Source of the DNA: Azolla caroliniana
Lineage: Eukaryota; Plantae; Polypodiophyta
Direction: 5' to 3'
Assembly (NCBI GenBank): GCA_043228905.1
Contig: JBHGNT010000008.1
Span: 7,378,001 to 7,442,000, forward strand
DNA length: 64,000 bases
Positions 34,344 through 48,465 of this stretch are shown here, piece after piece. The stretch's first letter is position 1; each line of letters starts with the position of its first letter. Position numbers and translations under genes: made by a program. The notes below the pieces were generated by a model. The model had not been told where the DNA came from. It did no database searches and saw only the letters and a program-made list of their open reading frames with translations.

Positions 34344-37300
34344 ATGAGGATCCTAACGTGGAATGTACAGGGCCTTGGTGGAGGCCGACAACACCAAGAG
34401 TGCAGAAGACTTCAGGAGGAGCTAAATCCCCTTAATATAGGGGGCCATATTGACATATTGCTTTTGCAAGAACACCACCTCTCGCAAGAGCGAACTCAGA
34501 GCTTAGTAAACCCCTTGTCGGGTGGGTGGACCACATGGTGGTCAGCTGCACAGGGTGACCTCCACCGAAGAGGAGGGGTCTGCATCTCGATCAGCGATAA
34601 GGCCCGATACGAAATAACATCATCTAGCACGTTGGTGGAGGGTCGGGCCTTATACGTGCTTCTGAAATGGAATCACCTACAAGTTGGGGTGCTAAACATT
34701 TATGCCCCTAACTCAGCCCTCGAGAGAGCAATCTTTTGGAGGATGTTAGAGACAACATTACCTGATGTCGAGGCTTGGGTAATGGCAGGTGATTTCAACA
34801 TGACTGAACACCTGGGAGATAGGAAAGGAGGGACCCAGAGGCCTATTTATGGTGCGGAGCTGGATTCATGGGCTTTCCTAATTGGCAAAATCGGGGTGAA
34901 GGATACATGGGGCTCTTCCCTTAGGAGAATCTCACATTCGTTGCACTTTTCCAGAGCCGTCGAGAATGCTAGGGGCGGTAGTCTTACACGGCTAGATCGC
35001 ATATACATCAGCTCATCCCTCGAAGAGCTTGGGGGCGCCTTTGCTATCTTGGCAGGTCTTAACTTTTCAGATCATCAGCCAGTGAGACTAGACCTTAACC
35101 CACCCAACGATAGCAAGGGCAGTCTCAATGTGAAGATCCCCACAAAGATCATGAAGAGTGAAGAGGTGAAGGCCGGTTTACAAAGTATATGGCAGGACAC
35201 CATGGGCAGTGAATCAGCCAGCGAAGATTTGCAAAAAAAATTGGCCCTCTCCTCCTCCTTACAACAGGAGACCAAGTGCGCCCTCCAGTAGGTTAGAGCC
35301 ATTGAAACAAAATTAAGGAAGGCTGTTGCGGCAGCGCAACGGCTGCTACAGGTAGACCCTGGTTGCACTTGGTCTAGAGCTAAGCTGGAGGAAGCAAAGA
35401 TGAAGGTACATGAAAGGACTTTGGAGAAGAACCGAATGTTGTTTCGAAGAAATGCAGCATGGTGGGCTAGAAAAGACGACAAGGTCAACCGACATTTCTT
35501 TCACTACAAGGAACCCAAGGGTGGTGGTGGACGTATACAAGGGTTGCGAAAACCAGACGGCTTGATAACGGAGGACAAGATTGAGATTCCGGAAATGGCA
35601 ACACAATACTATCGTGACCTCCTCGCACCTATGCAGGTGAGGCAACACACGAAGCTAGTTGATCGCGTGTTGTCTTACATTCACCCCAAGGTAACCCAGG
35701 CGATGGAAGTTGTGCTCGATAGCCCCATCTTTCGTTTAGAACTCTCGGAGGCGCTTAGGGGATTGCGAAGGGGTGCATGCCCCGGCCCTGATGGTCTCTC
35801 ACGAGATTTCTTTGAGATTCATTGGGAATGTGTCATCCCGTCTTTGGAAGCTGAAGTTCAAGAGATTTGGTCCTCAGGAAAGATGCCAATTGGTTTGGCT
35901 GAGGGGATGATATATCTCATCCCCAAAGCGTTAGAGCGAAGCCTAGAGTTGCGCCAGTGGCGTCCAATCACAATCCTTAACACGGCATACAAGATACTCG
36001 CTAAAGTCCTAGCTCGACGATTAGCAAGCTTCTTACCAGACATCATACATGACAATCAAACTGGATTTGTCAAGAACATGTGTATCTTTGATAATGTGTT
36101 GCTTCTTTGGGAAGCTATGGCATTGGCCGGCCGCTCCGTATCGAGCTTGGCTATTCTGATGTTTGACTTCGAGAAGGCCTACGACCGGGTGTTATGGCCA
36201 TTTTTGGAAAATGTGATGCGAGCTTTGGGCCTACCTCAAAAATGGAGGAATTGCACTTCTGCACTCTATCGGACAGCTACGAGTCGCCTTCCAACTACAA
36301 CGCTCAGTGAGGCAAGGTTGTCCCCTAGCCCCATATCTCTATCTCTTTGTAACCGAGGCTTTCTCTGCCTACTTACAAGCACCAACCAGCGGGCTGCGAG
36401 GATTGCCCATCCCCAATGCGACTGAAGATTTGTTGTTATCTGAATATGCCGACGATACGATTCTTTTCTTGCAAGGTGATGAGGAGAATTTGCAACGGGT
36501 TGAACATATTGTCGAGGACTTTTGTCAGGCGGCTGGTTCCAAGATCAATTGGAATAAAACCCAAGGCCTATGGTTCAGCGAACAAGAGAAACCAAGATGG
36601 CAACCCCATGCCGATTTTATGTGGGTCCCTGATGGGACAACGTTCAAGTACCTTGGATTTACGATGGGGAGATCAATCCCCAAGGGAGCGCAATTGGCCC
36701 ACGTACAAGCCAAAATAAACAGGAAGTTGACCCAATGGAGTAGATCTAAACTATCCCTCGCTGGTAGGGTCCTTGTTGCGAACCAAGTGTTGCTCGCTAC
36801 CATGTGGCACTCAGTCTCCTGCTGGATTATGGACCCTGCAAGTCTGCACGCGATTAAGGCTGCCATCAAGGGGTTTATATGGTCAGGTAAGGACAACCCA
36901 AGGGCTGCTGCCAAAGTGTCATGGTGTTGGTTAACGCAACCGCGGGCCAAAGGGGGGCTTGGCCTCATAGACCCCTTAATGCAGAGTCGTTCATTGCTAG
37001 CTAAAATGGTGGTTCGCTGCCTCCTGCCAAGTAAGGGGTGTTGGAAGGTACTACTTCGCAACAAGCTGCAAGCAGGGACTCCCAAGTATGGTAGGCCTTG
37101 GCCCGACTCCTTGAATTGGTGTTGCATGAGCGGAGTCCCACCCAAGCTAGCTTGCCATCCAGAGGACAGGGTCGCGAACTCCATCTTGCGGGCATTGTGC
37201 CATCTATGACAGCATTTGGTCAAACACACCCCGGAGACATTGACCGAATGGACTAGACAGCCACTATTCTGGAATCCCCACGTGCGAACAAGTGACGACA

Positions 37301-38591
37301 CGATGTTAGGGCAACTTAAGGGCCTAGCATGGGGAAAGCTGGCACAAACATGCCTCCTATCTATAGACGATTGGAGACACATGGCTGTTTCAGGAAGAGC
37401 CCAAGAGGACCTTTTCCCTCCCCCCAAGGGAGCTACGAAAATGCTGAGACTGATAGTTGAGGCAGTTGACAAGGTTCCGATGGGGGAGGCGAGAGAACTG
37501 CATGGTTCAGTCTCTTTGACGAGGTTGGAATGGTCAAGTCGCTAAAGGGTGTGAGCGGATCAGGGAGAGATATAGTTTTTGGGGACAGTTAGAGCAGGGG
37601 CTCTTAGCACCCAATCCGAGTGGTGGCACAGGTTGACAACATCTGGAAGACAGACCCGGATATTGCTAAGGTGGAACCCCATTGGAGGTTAAGGGTATAT
37701 GGTTGTCACCCCCTTGTCGATCTGGATTGGGACCTAGGGGATTTCAGATGGAAACATGATGATAGACTCCATCACTTCTTCGATTACACCACTAAATTGG
37801 GTCGGACTTTGCAGCTACAGCTAGGCAACCCCCTTCGCAATGGCTGGCGAAAATTGGGCATCCCCGATGAGGCGCTCATTACCTTTTGGAAAGGTCTCTG
37901 GCGTCTCCACATGCCTGAAAAGATCAAGCTCTTTTGGTGGCAGATCGGTCATAATGTGGTGCCCGTTGGCGAATGGCTAGATAAACGCGGCGGCCCGTTA
38001 GGCTGCCCACTGTGCTCTCAACCTATTGAGACTCTAAGACATTGTCTGTGGGATTGCCCTCAAGCTCAAAAGATCTGGGATAGAGTGACTCGCCTCCTTG
38101 CGGCATGTGAAGTTGAAGGAACAGCCTCGTGGAGCATTGTGGCATGGATTGGTCACTCGATCGAAGGGTGGACGGACACCATCAATGCGGATAGTTGGTG
38201 CTATGTATGCACGAGAGGCAAAATCGTCAAGATCCGTTTCGAAAGAGGCTTGCAGCCCGCATCCCCTAGGTTTCCAGAAATCTGGATGCTGATCGCAGGT
38301 TTCACCTTGTGGTATATATGGAAAGCGCGTTGCCTCAAGGTTTTCCAAGGTACAGTACGGCCCCCGGAGGAAGTGATCATGGACATATGGTTCGCGATTA
38401 TCAGCTGCCTACGAGGGCAACTGGAAGAGATTTGCAGCCACTCCAACGACGTGATCTCTGCCCGGTTGCGCTTTTGGCAGAAATGGAGGAACACGCCTAT
38501 GGTGATGCAAGGCGGGAGTGGCCCAAGGTGGAATTACCAGCCCCCACGCTGGTTGTTTCCTACTCACCTGCCACCCCTCTCTTCGTTGTAG
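34344..38591 (+). pseudogene. L1 ORF2 (APE endonuclease, RT, zf-RVT), disrupted
   Basis: MRILTWNVQGL, LQE, GDFN, RLDRIY, SDHQP; DFEKAYDRV, RQGCPLAP, YADD, KYLG; CPLC...HCLWDC. In-frame stops and frameshifts present. Confidence 0.92.
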
Positions 38592-39755
38592 GCCCCAAGA
38601 GCCGACTTGTACTAGGCAACATTGAAGGGCATCGCCTTAGATATAGGTAGCTTCTTACATTAAGTTAGGCCGCAAGGCATTGTAAGTAGGCTCATCTTCT
38701 TTTACTTGATTGGAGGAAGACTCCCCGATGTGTGTATAAGTCTCCTTGTAGACTCTCTATGTAATAATCCTTCCTAACTAATGGGAAAGTAGCTTCATTT
38801 TGGGAAAAAAAAAAAAAGAACCTTGTTATGGCCCTTTGTACATAGCCAATGCCCTTTTTAGCTTTAAGAGAGATTATCTTGTTTTAGCTTTTTATCACAC
38901 ATACATTTTGATAGAAGTACATATACTCTTCCAAGATTGATCATGTGATAACGGAGCTCATTTAATTAACATTGCTTTTTTTATTCTTCCAAAAATCACT
39001 CAAATAAGTATGACTATGATAAATCATCAACACCCCACAAAGTTGCTTTTCAAAAGTAGAGCAAGCAAATTGTTACATTCTCCTAAAGTTGTAACTTCAA
39101 GAAAATATTTATTATCATCCATATGTAGATTTTGGAGGCCATATGTTAAATCTAATTCCTTGGTAAAAAAAAAGGAACATCATTTACCAATAGATAGATG
39201 CTTTGTAACTATAGATAAACAATCTATCTCTACAAGTAGAATGGTAGTAGAGGAAAGTTTTTTATTTATTTGTAATCAGGACTTCATTGAACCACACATA
39301 CATTACGAAAAGAAAGACCCAAGTATCATTTAACACCCTATAAATACATGCCAAAGGTTTGCATTAAGTTCAAATAGTGCAAGTTACAACCTAAACCAAG
39401 ATTATTTATGGTTAAAGTCTTTATCCGAGCATTGAATTCCTAGCTTTTAGCCAGTAATAACCTCCTCTTACTTATCAGTTATTTGGAGTCCCTGTTAAGA
39501 AAAATAAACGATCCTACCAATAAACAATGTTTGGGAATTTCAAGTTTGTGAATTGGCATATTGTAAATTTAGCAAATCCTAAACATGTTTGAATCATTCA
39601 CAATTAGCTCATTACATTAGTATTAATATAATGTCCTTTGTTCTTAGGACTTGTGTAAGATGGCAAAACATTGAACAAGAACATCCTTCACTTCTTCATT
39701 AATACATTTAATTAAGATGTGCACACTCTTCAATCTTTTTTCAATTCATTTAAAC

Positions 39756-42533
39756 TCAAGAGATTGCAAGTTGTTCTACACTTTCTGGTGAGCAAACACT
39801 TCCATTCCAAAGTAATAGAGAGGTGAGATAATTCACCCTCTCTGTTGGATGGAAAGCATCCCAAAATACATATTTATTAGCGTCGGGGCAAGCCATCTGT
39901 GGAAGAACACAAGTCATCCATCCACCATATTTACCTGCACCGCAACATGCAGAGTTTCGATTCTCGAAACCTAGTGCCAAGAAGAAGTTGAATTTTATAT
40001 CAAAGCTACATAAAAAATAAATTGAAATTCTTAATCAAGCAAAATACTTCCTTGAATAGATCCTATGTCCACAAGTTCAAGTCTAAATCAATTACATGTC
40101 GATATCAAATTCTTTGTAAAAATCATTTTCTTTTTTACCTTGAGATCTTATATCAAAGTAGATATTATGTAAACAAATCAACATAGGGGTAAAAATAAAA
40201 TTTTGAGACTACTATTGAGATGCATGACTTTCTACATTTTCCGAACCTAATATTGATTAAAGTACATATGATCATGCTTATATACATGCAAACATTTAGC
40301 AATGGGGATTTTATGATATCTCTTTCGGATGAGATTAGAGCAAGGCGACCGATTGATACATACATATGGGTGTGAAACCATTTTATAATGTATTATAAAT
40401 GAAATTGATCTTAATAGACATTGAGAAAATCCTTGTTTCTACTGCAATAACTAAAACAACTCACCCAAACATGCTTCAGGAAAATGTTAAAAAAAAGAGC
40501 AGCTTTACCATATTCTTTTGCATTCAAAATGATGTCGTAAACGCCTTTGAATATATCACAAAATATAATTCTTGAGTCGGGGAATTCGGACCGGAGTCGT
40601 AAAGTCAACAAGTTAAGGTTATCATTATATTCTTGTACTAATGAATTGATTTCCGGAATGCATTCTCCAACTGAACTATTATACGAAGACAAGAAGTTTG
40701 GAGCACATCCGATCGGACCTATACCAACCAACACAACTTTCTTCATACCTGCTCCAATGAGGAACTGCATAGAAGCAAAACAATTAACAATTTTTATAAG
40801 AAACACATACATTCTCTGTGATAAAGCACACAACCACGACATGTGTGAGAAGCGATGCACATCTTTATTGAATATCATAGAAGTAAGCTATATATTTTGT
40901 TTAGGGTTGTAACCTAGTGATAATCTCATGCAAGTTTTTACAATCTCATGCACTAGGCTTCAAATCTTACATATGCATTCCTTATGAGATTACCCCATGG
41001 AATGTAAGGGTTGAGTGTGTGACTATCTAGTCTCCGCGAGACAACCTAACCAACTAATCCACAATCAATTGAGCTATTTCTTTCCTTTGTATGTATGTGT
41101 ATCCCACAATCAACAACATTATGAATGAACAACACTTCAAGTTTTCCCCTTCAGGAAACCTTTACACTCTTTCTTTGTCTGACTGTATTTGGTTTGAACA
41201 CAAGACATGATGACATGCTCAGACAATAGGTTTCCTGGCAGAGACCAGAAGGTCACATTCCGCAACGGCATCTAGTAAAGTTGGGCATCCCTGGGTGCAT
41301 AGGTTAGTAAAAACTTGGCTTACTACTATGGTACACCTTAGGACGATATAATTGTGGCCCTAATCGTCATTTTTCCATAATCGTTATGATGGATTTCTAT
41401 CACATGTTGAAGTTTCCCATTAGTAACACAATGTAGCACAAAAATAAATAAAAAGTTTGTGTGTGCATAATTTATGCATGTACTAACATTACAGTTTTTC
41501 ACTAACATGGTAAGTGTTTACTAAATGCAAGGAAATAAATCATCAACACTTACTTTTAAATGGGTTCCCAAGGTTTCCAATAGCATTCTGCTGAATTGTC
41601 TAGGATTCTGTTTTTCCAAGACACCGGATACATTGCGAAGGTAGTAATGAATAAAGTCATTATTGCCAATGGAGAAATAGAACAAGGACCGTTGTACGGT
41701 TTCTTTTGTATAATGCTGTCCCAAAATGATGGACATTTTTGCCTCTGAATCTGAGAACATGCCTAGTTGTTCAGTGAGAGACATGTGCTGGCCCTGGATA
41801 GTAGTTTTCAAACTTTAGGAGAGTTTTGTACATTAAAAAGCTTATCTCCACTCTTTTGCAGCATAATGCCACTTGAAAAAAGAGAGTATATTTCCTAGTT
41901 CTTACAAGATCAGAACCCGATTCTGGAAGTATTCCAGCACCCGCCGAGGCAAAGTTAAGTCCTTTCGTCATGTTCGTGACATTTGGGGTTCCAAGCACAG
42001 GTGGAACCATCGGTAAACCCATGTAAAGTGCTGGGATTTAAAATAATGCAATGTGAGAAACAAGACACTGCCACAGCTGAAGCATGATGTGAAGTGATTG
42101 CCTTCAGATATTATGTACGAGACGTAAGACATGGCCACGATTGATCGGTTATAGATAGTTGATGTGGTTAGCTGGTGCAGAAAATTGAACTTCTAAAATG
42201 GAATGTATAAAAATGATGGTGCATCAAGCATGTGCATTGCAATACTAAGGCTTTGCATGTTTGAGAAAAGGACTTACCAAGATAATCCACACTTATTTTT
42301 CCATTACTGAATCTTCCATTTGGCCGATGGTCCACGAAATCTCTTCCATATGGTGGCATATCAGACCTTGCAAGGGTTACTAAGTAGTTATTGTTTCCAC
42401 AATCAACTGTAGAGTCACCAAATATATATAGACCTGGAACCGTAGGCTTAGGTGCCGAATCCGAGACCCCAACATCAGCATATAAGAGAATGCTCAGTCC
42501 AATTAGCAACCCCATCATTTCTCTTTGTCTCAT
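39756..42533 (-). CDS. GDSL esterase/lipase (SGNH hydrolase), 5 coding exons
   Basis: Exons 42533-42278, 42030-41906, 41793-41554, 40764-40509 and 39970-39756 have GT-AG introns in consistent phase. Signal peptide, FGDS, GRFSNG, NFASAGAG, IGNND and WDAFHP catalytic motifs. Confidence 0.95.
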
Positions 42534-43912
42534 GTGAAGTCTTCTTCTGATAGCAACTGGAAAATGATGACCAACAATAACATCATCATTTTACTTAGTG
42601 ATCTCAAGTTCAAACGAACATCCTAGGAATCTTGAAAAAAATGCAGTCAATTAGATGAGATAGTAGTTATTTCTTCGACATAGTCTGTTGAATTATCATT
42701 GAGCTCACCTCTAGTGTCTTCATTCCAAAGGAGTTTATACAATGTTTTCAGCAATATTATCACAGATACAAACTAGAGACTAGGCTTCAAAAGGATGACT
42801 AAAACAAAGACAAACATTGTTATGATGTGCCTTTCATGAACTGTAATCCACCATTGATGGAATACTTCTAAATTTCCTATCTCTCGGACAATTGTTAGAA
42901 CCTGCTAGTCTTGGCTACATAATCTTGTTGACCTCGTGTTAAATAGAACCCTTTGAGAGAAAGAAATTTCCATAATTGAGAAGGCATTTACCTCTTATAT
43001 TCGTCTTAACGGCATCTGCAGCTTGATTGGTTACCTCCCTTCCTATATCAAAATCCCAAAATCAATGTCTAGCAAGAATTCGACCCATAGATATTTTGGA
43101 TCATGATGCTTAGGCTAATCATAGAGACACTTAGAAGAATGACAGTTAATCACAAACCAACTCCATAAATACATTGTACGAGTGCCAAGCATCCAAGGTG
43201 TTGAACGTGTGATAACAATTCCTTCTCTTATATGGCACACACAATACCACATTTGTGGTTTGATGATCTTGTGGCTTCCCATGATTATAATGTAGCTCCA
43301 CCACAAATGGCTAACTTGTATACACAATCTACACCATTGGTGAGGATGTAAGTAGCTCAATCAATGATTGATAGAGCTTTGTTATTCTTCAAATAGATGG
43401 GCAGCTAATGCTATGGTTCTTGTTGCACATCCTTACAATAATCTAGTAAAAGGTTCTATAAACCTAATCACAGTCCTTGATGAGCTTTCCAAAGAACTTT
43501 GACAATTTGCAAGTTTCTCATGGTCAGTATGGAAGCCCTCCATAGGGATAATGTATACAAGAGAAATAATGTTTTATTAGTATGGATGAATTCACTACAG
43601 TTGGACTGCTTTACATATGATTGCTCTTGTTTTTAGAAGCAACAAGATAATCTGAAGATGTTGCATGCTCCCGAGGAGCCCGACTGTATATCCTCGAGGT
43701 GCAAGATGATCCACTTTGTCTGATATGGATGTAACAGATTGTACATCATCTTTTGGAAAATTGTTGTCAGCCCAAAAAGCAAGATCAGCTACAAATATAT
43801 ATAAAACATGTGTGCATGAAACATGCTTATGTTTACGTCCACAACATATATATACCAATACACTCTCATACATACACACTGATGTATGTATGTATGTATG
43901 TATTCAGGTCCA

Positions 43913-44255
43913 TCAGGTCCATTAATTCATGCATTTTTATAATGGGAATATCGCCAGATATAGAATTAATTTTTTGATGAAAATGGCTTTAAGATGGATT
44001 TTTCCTAGAGAGGATCTGAAATAAAATACTCAATACTTAACAGAAGAAGAAGCAATTACAACCTGGTTTGATCATAATGTATGCAGGTCCATTAATCCAT
44101 GCATTTTTATAATGGAAATATCACTAGATATAGATTAATTTTAAGGTGAATGTGGCTTTTAGTGTCGATTTTTTTCTAGAGAGGATCTGAAATAAAATGC
44201 CCAATACTTAACAGAAGAAGAAGAAGAAGAAGCAATTACAACTTGGTTTCATCAC
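43913..44255. repeat. Tandem duplication of a ~172-bp unit
   Basis: CAGGTCCATTAAT...AGAGGATCTGAAATAAAAT...GCAATTACAAC occurs twice (from ~43913 and ~44085). Confidence 0.8.
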
Positions 44256-44465
44256 AGAAAAGAAGAGTATCTGACTATGATGAACAAAACAAGTGATGAA
44301 TTAAAAGCACAAACACATAAAAAAAAGGCAAGCTATTACAAACTATCTGTGAAACCCATATCTAAGAATTAAATAAGAAAATGAAGGGGAAAAGGCAAGA
44401 TAAGAATAAATACCTTCTCCTTCGTTTCCTTGTTTTCTTTTCATTCTCCTTCTCCTTCTCTTTCA

Positions 44466-44496
<31 letters not shown>

Positions 44497-44962
44497 CTTC
44501 TTTGTTAAAACAGAGCAAAAGAAGGAGGAAGGGATGCATACCTGCATGACTGACCTGTTGATGAGAGTGTGTCATGAGGTTTGGAATGTTGAAGACAAGA
44601 GTTAGTTAGGTCAACTAACTTTTAACTGTATTATTCCATCAATGTGGGCATGACTCAAATGGGAGGTATCTTTGTCAAAAACATGCCCTTTTCAAAACTC
44701 CCCCGGAATATACCCGGCAGTCCGGGGAATTCGGAATCTCCGGAATATTCCCCGGAATCCCCACCCGGACTTCTTGACTAGACCTCAATGGGCCTGGAAA
44801 GCTTCGATTGTGGGCCCAAACGAAGCTAACTCACATCAACTTTCCTACTACCATTGCATGGGAAAAGCAAAGATAGGTAGATAGATAGATATTTTTTCGC
44901 GTCCATAGAGAGGCCATACATTGACCCATAAGGAATAAAGCTCAGACTTGAGACAAACACAT

Positions 44963-44964
<2 letters not shown>

Positions 44965-45007
<43 letters not shown>
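44965..45007. repeat. (CA)n microsatellite
   Basis: About 21 CA units. Confidence 0.9.
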
Positions 45008-45009
<2 letters not shown>

Positions 45010-45849
45010 TGCAACATATCGAGTTTCTAGTTTGACGCAAGATATTGAAAGTATGGTCTCGAAGATGGACAACATTGCACTTGCTTTCGCGATGCCTTGC
45101 GAGATTCCTCCATGGTACGTGGGTTTAAGGTTTAAGGTACACATTTATATTAGATATGTTGCGTCAAGCTACAAAACCATATCGTATTCTTCAAATGAGC
45201 AAAATGCACACATTCATACATGCCAAATCTCATCCCCTTCTTAACCATTCGTATCATTGCTTCCATATGATGTAGCTCACATTCTCTTTGATGTGATGCA
45301 AGGTGTTAGGGTAAATGTGAAGACACACTCATCAGCCATGCATATTTTTCTCGATCAAAAGATCATGAGTCTACCTATTGCACTCTATTACAATATTGCT
45401 CGAGATTTGAGTTTCGTTTCCCACATTGCCAATATGAGCATACACGATGTGGTAAAGGTTGTACATTGACACTCCTCCGACTCAATGACACTCAAGTTTG
45501 CTTTCCCCACATTGACTTCTTTGTGACCATAAACGGCACATTCTCGAATAATTGTTATATTGATATTTCCCCTCCATAAAAAAGGACATTTGGCACAAGA
45601 TTGACAAGGAAGCTCAACAAAGAAGCAATATGCCTCACTTTCTTGCAAACTTAATTTTTTTGTGTTGCGTGAGTGTGGATTTATGTTAGAGCATTCAGTT
45701 TGAGAAATGTAGCTTTCCAAGTTGTCTGACAAAGAAAAAGGATTAGAGAAGTATATTGTGTACATGCATGTGCATATATTAACACCTTGATAAGGTGTTG
45801 TAATGGAAGTTTCGCATACGCTTGTCATGTAAATATCTGTGTATGGCAA

Positions 45850-47861
45850 TAACAATTGGCAACGGTTTGGTTCAAAAGTGTCAAACTTGAACCGTTTAAA
45901 ACTTTTGAAACTAAATAAAACCAAACTCAACAATGAAACCTTTAAATTGAACCATTACAAAAAAATCCAAGATCAAACCAATCGGTTTTAGAGATTTTCA
46001 AACCATTAAACCCGCATTTTCACTGTTTAGTTTCAGTTTCCACTTAGTTCAAACGTCAAGTTTAAATTTTTTAAATTTTCAATGTTTCCTTTTTCCAAAT
46101 TCAAAATTTTAAAGATTTTTCAAATTAGGCTTTAAAACTAAAAGATTGTTCAAAAATTAAAATAATAATCAAGTGTCAACCCTAAACTGTTAAACCATTT
46201 AAACTAGAAACCATTAAGTTGATAAAGGCCAAATCGAATTGTTGACCCCCAAACCAAATCAAACCCAAACTGAACTAAACCATTTAGATTGTTAATCCAT
46301 AGAGGGTTGGGGATTCTCCAAAAAAAAATTGTCGTGGATGCCCATAATTGGATACATTCTTTTTACATATATAATTTACCATTAGAAGTTTGGGATAGTA
46401 TAGTACCCCAAAAATGGAAACTCAAGAGTCTTGCCTTCTCTTCTTTTTGTGAATTAAAAATGAATTATTCTTCTTTCGTTGATTGGTTGCAAGTTTTCTT
46501 GACTTGCGATAGATCTTAACATTGTTGTAGGTTCATTAACCATGTAATGGCAATCCTACTTTGTGACAGAATCCACGGTAATGGCTTTCGCAGTTTGGCT
46601 TGGTTTGGTTCAAACCGAACCATTGTTGATTGTTGTAAGGCAATAAGTCATTTGAAAAAAAATGGATCACCTTGGGGAATATTCTAACTCAAATTCAAGC
46701 ATCATATAAAGGTGTATGGGAAATCTGAAAACCAATATCCATTAATCATGAGGGCCCTTGAATTTGTTAATGTCTTAGCACAACACGATAAAAAAGGCTT
46801 TATGTTGTGAGCACAACTTGGAAACATTACCTTATTTTTTATTTGTTCGTGACGCTACATTATTGAAATTCTCAAATGTTAATATATGAGCATGATGATG
46901 CAATGGTAAAGCTCATCATTTGCAAAATTAAGGTTTAGGTTAAGTTTTGATGGAGGCAAAGATGAGACATTCATGCACAAACCCAACATAGGTCATTTCC
47001 ACGTAAGAAGAATTAATGTTCCAACTTGTGGATTCACAAAGACCACCAAAGATCCATCTTTTTACAAACCATTTGGTTTTCATGCATTTATTTTCACACG
47101 AGCCAAACCCTTTGGCACTTGGCGCATTTGAATGATACCTTTTATGAAAATTAATCACAATAAAAGCTATTGCATGGGAACAAATGACCATGAAGTGAAA
47201 ATTGTCACCTCCTCACGGCAATTGCTCGAGTCATGCATGAGGGACCACAATTTTGTCTTTTCGTGTCTAAAGTGGTTTAAAATATCTCATGAATTTATCA
47301 ATTTTAGTAAGGTCTTCCACACAACTCCTAAAAGGGCATCATGCCTACTTACTTAACCATTGATCATGTGAGTGGAAAATGAGCCTTAAGCTTTTTCTTG
47401 GGCATGTACTCTTGTTTGAGAAAAGAGATTATCTTCATTCATTGGAGTGTTTGTTCGATTTGTTTTGAATGCGTGGGCTAAAAACATTTTTAAGAGAAAC
47501 AAATCCACTAGAGACGTGTAAATCCACAAATAAAACGCTAAAGTTTTGTGTATTTTCTCGTGATGTCCTATTAATTAATATATGTAAATGCAAGTTAAAC
47601 ACATGAGAACCATTATTTTAAATAAACATTTAAGTTCAATTAATTAAATCAATAAAAAACCATTAAATTAATAAACTATTAAGGTAAAAACAAAAGTTAA
47701 CCAAAAACCTATAAACCTAAGTTCTAGAACTGAACCAAACCGAAATCGAACCGTTTATTGAAAATCCAAACCAAACCATTAAATGTTTTTGGAACCAATA
47801 AACCATTAAACCATGGCTTAACGGTTCGGTTCGATTCGAGCCGAAACTGTGCCCATTGCTA
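45850..47861. mobile_element. Degenerate non-autonomous DNA transposon remnant(s), hAT/MITE-like
   Basis: Imperfect inverted termini TAACAATTGGCAACGGTTT and (reverse complement) TAGCAATGGGCACAGTTT, with dense AAACC/GAACCG subterminal motifs. No matching TSD found. Confidence 0.45.
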
Positions 47862-48334
47862 GAATTAGATAACAATTTAGCATGGGAGGAGAAGGCAAAT
47901 TGGGGCATTTCTTCTTACATTTTGTATCTTCTTCTTGTCTCCGTGCCCGCTAGACTTCGGGCGAGCCAACATATACATACATACATACCACTACGGTTTT
48001 TCCTTTTTTCCTTTTCCTTTTTCCTTTTTCCTTTTTTCCTTTTTTCCTTTTTTCCTTTCCTTATTATTTTTTTGTATGTGGAGGGTGGGCGGGGTTATTT
48101 TCTGTAATTTCCAAAAACTAGAGGGCTATGCTTAGGAATTGCACTAAAATTTGGATGGGCCCCAAAATCCTTCCTCTCTTTCTCTTTATATCTTTCTTCC
48201 TTTCTTCCTTTCTTTCTTTCTCACAACACAGAAGAAAAAACAGAGACAGTAGTGACACAGAAAAACAGAGGAAAAACAGAGGAAAAAACAGAGGAAAAAA
48301 CAGAGGGAAACAGAGAGCGAGCGCGAGGAGGGAA

Positions 48335-48452
48335 CACAGAGAGAGAGAGAGAGAAGAGAGAGAGAGATAGATAGATAGAGAGAGAAGAGAGAGAGAGAGA
48401 TAGAGAGAGAAGAGAGAGATAGATAGATAGATAGAGAGAGAGAGAAGAGAGC
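48335..48452 (+). repeat. GA/GATA-rich tract in the 5' leader of the RING gene
   Basis: Mixed (GA)n and (GATA)n directly upstream of the ATG at 48466. Confidence 0.85.
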
Positions 48453-48465
48453 AGGAAGGAGGGTA

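Larger units (their letters stand above)
32574..38818 (+). mobile_element. Full-length L1-clade LINE
   Basis: 15-bp TSD AACCTTGTTATGGCC at 32559-32573 and 38819-38833; poly(A) at 38805-38817; 5' UTR, ORF1 and ORF2 present. Confidence 0.95.
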
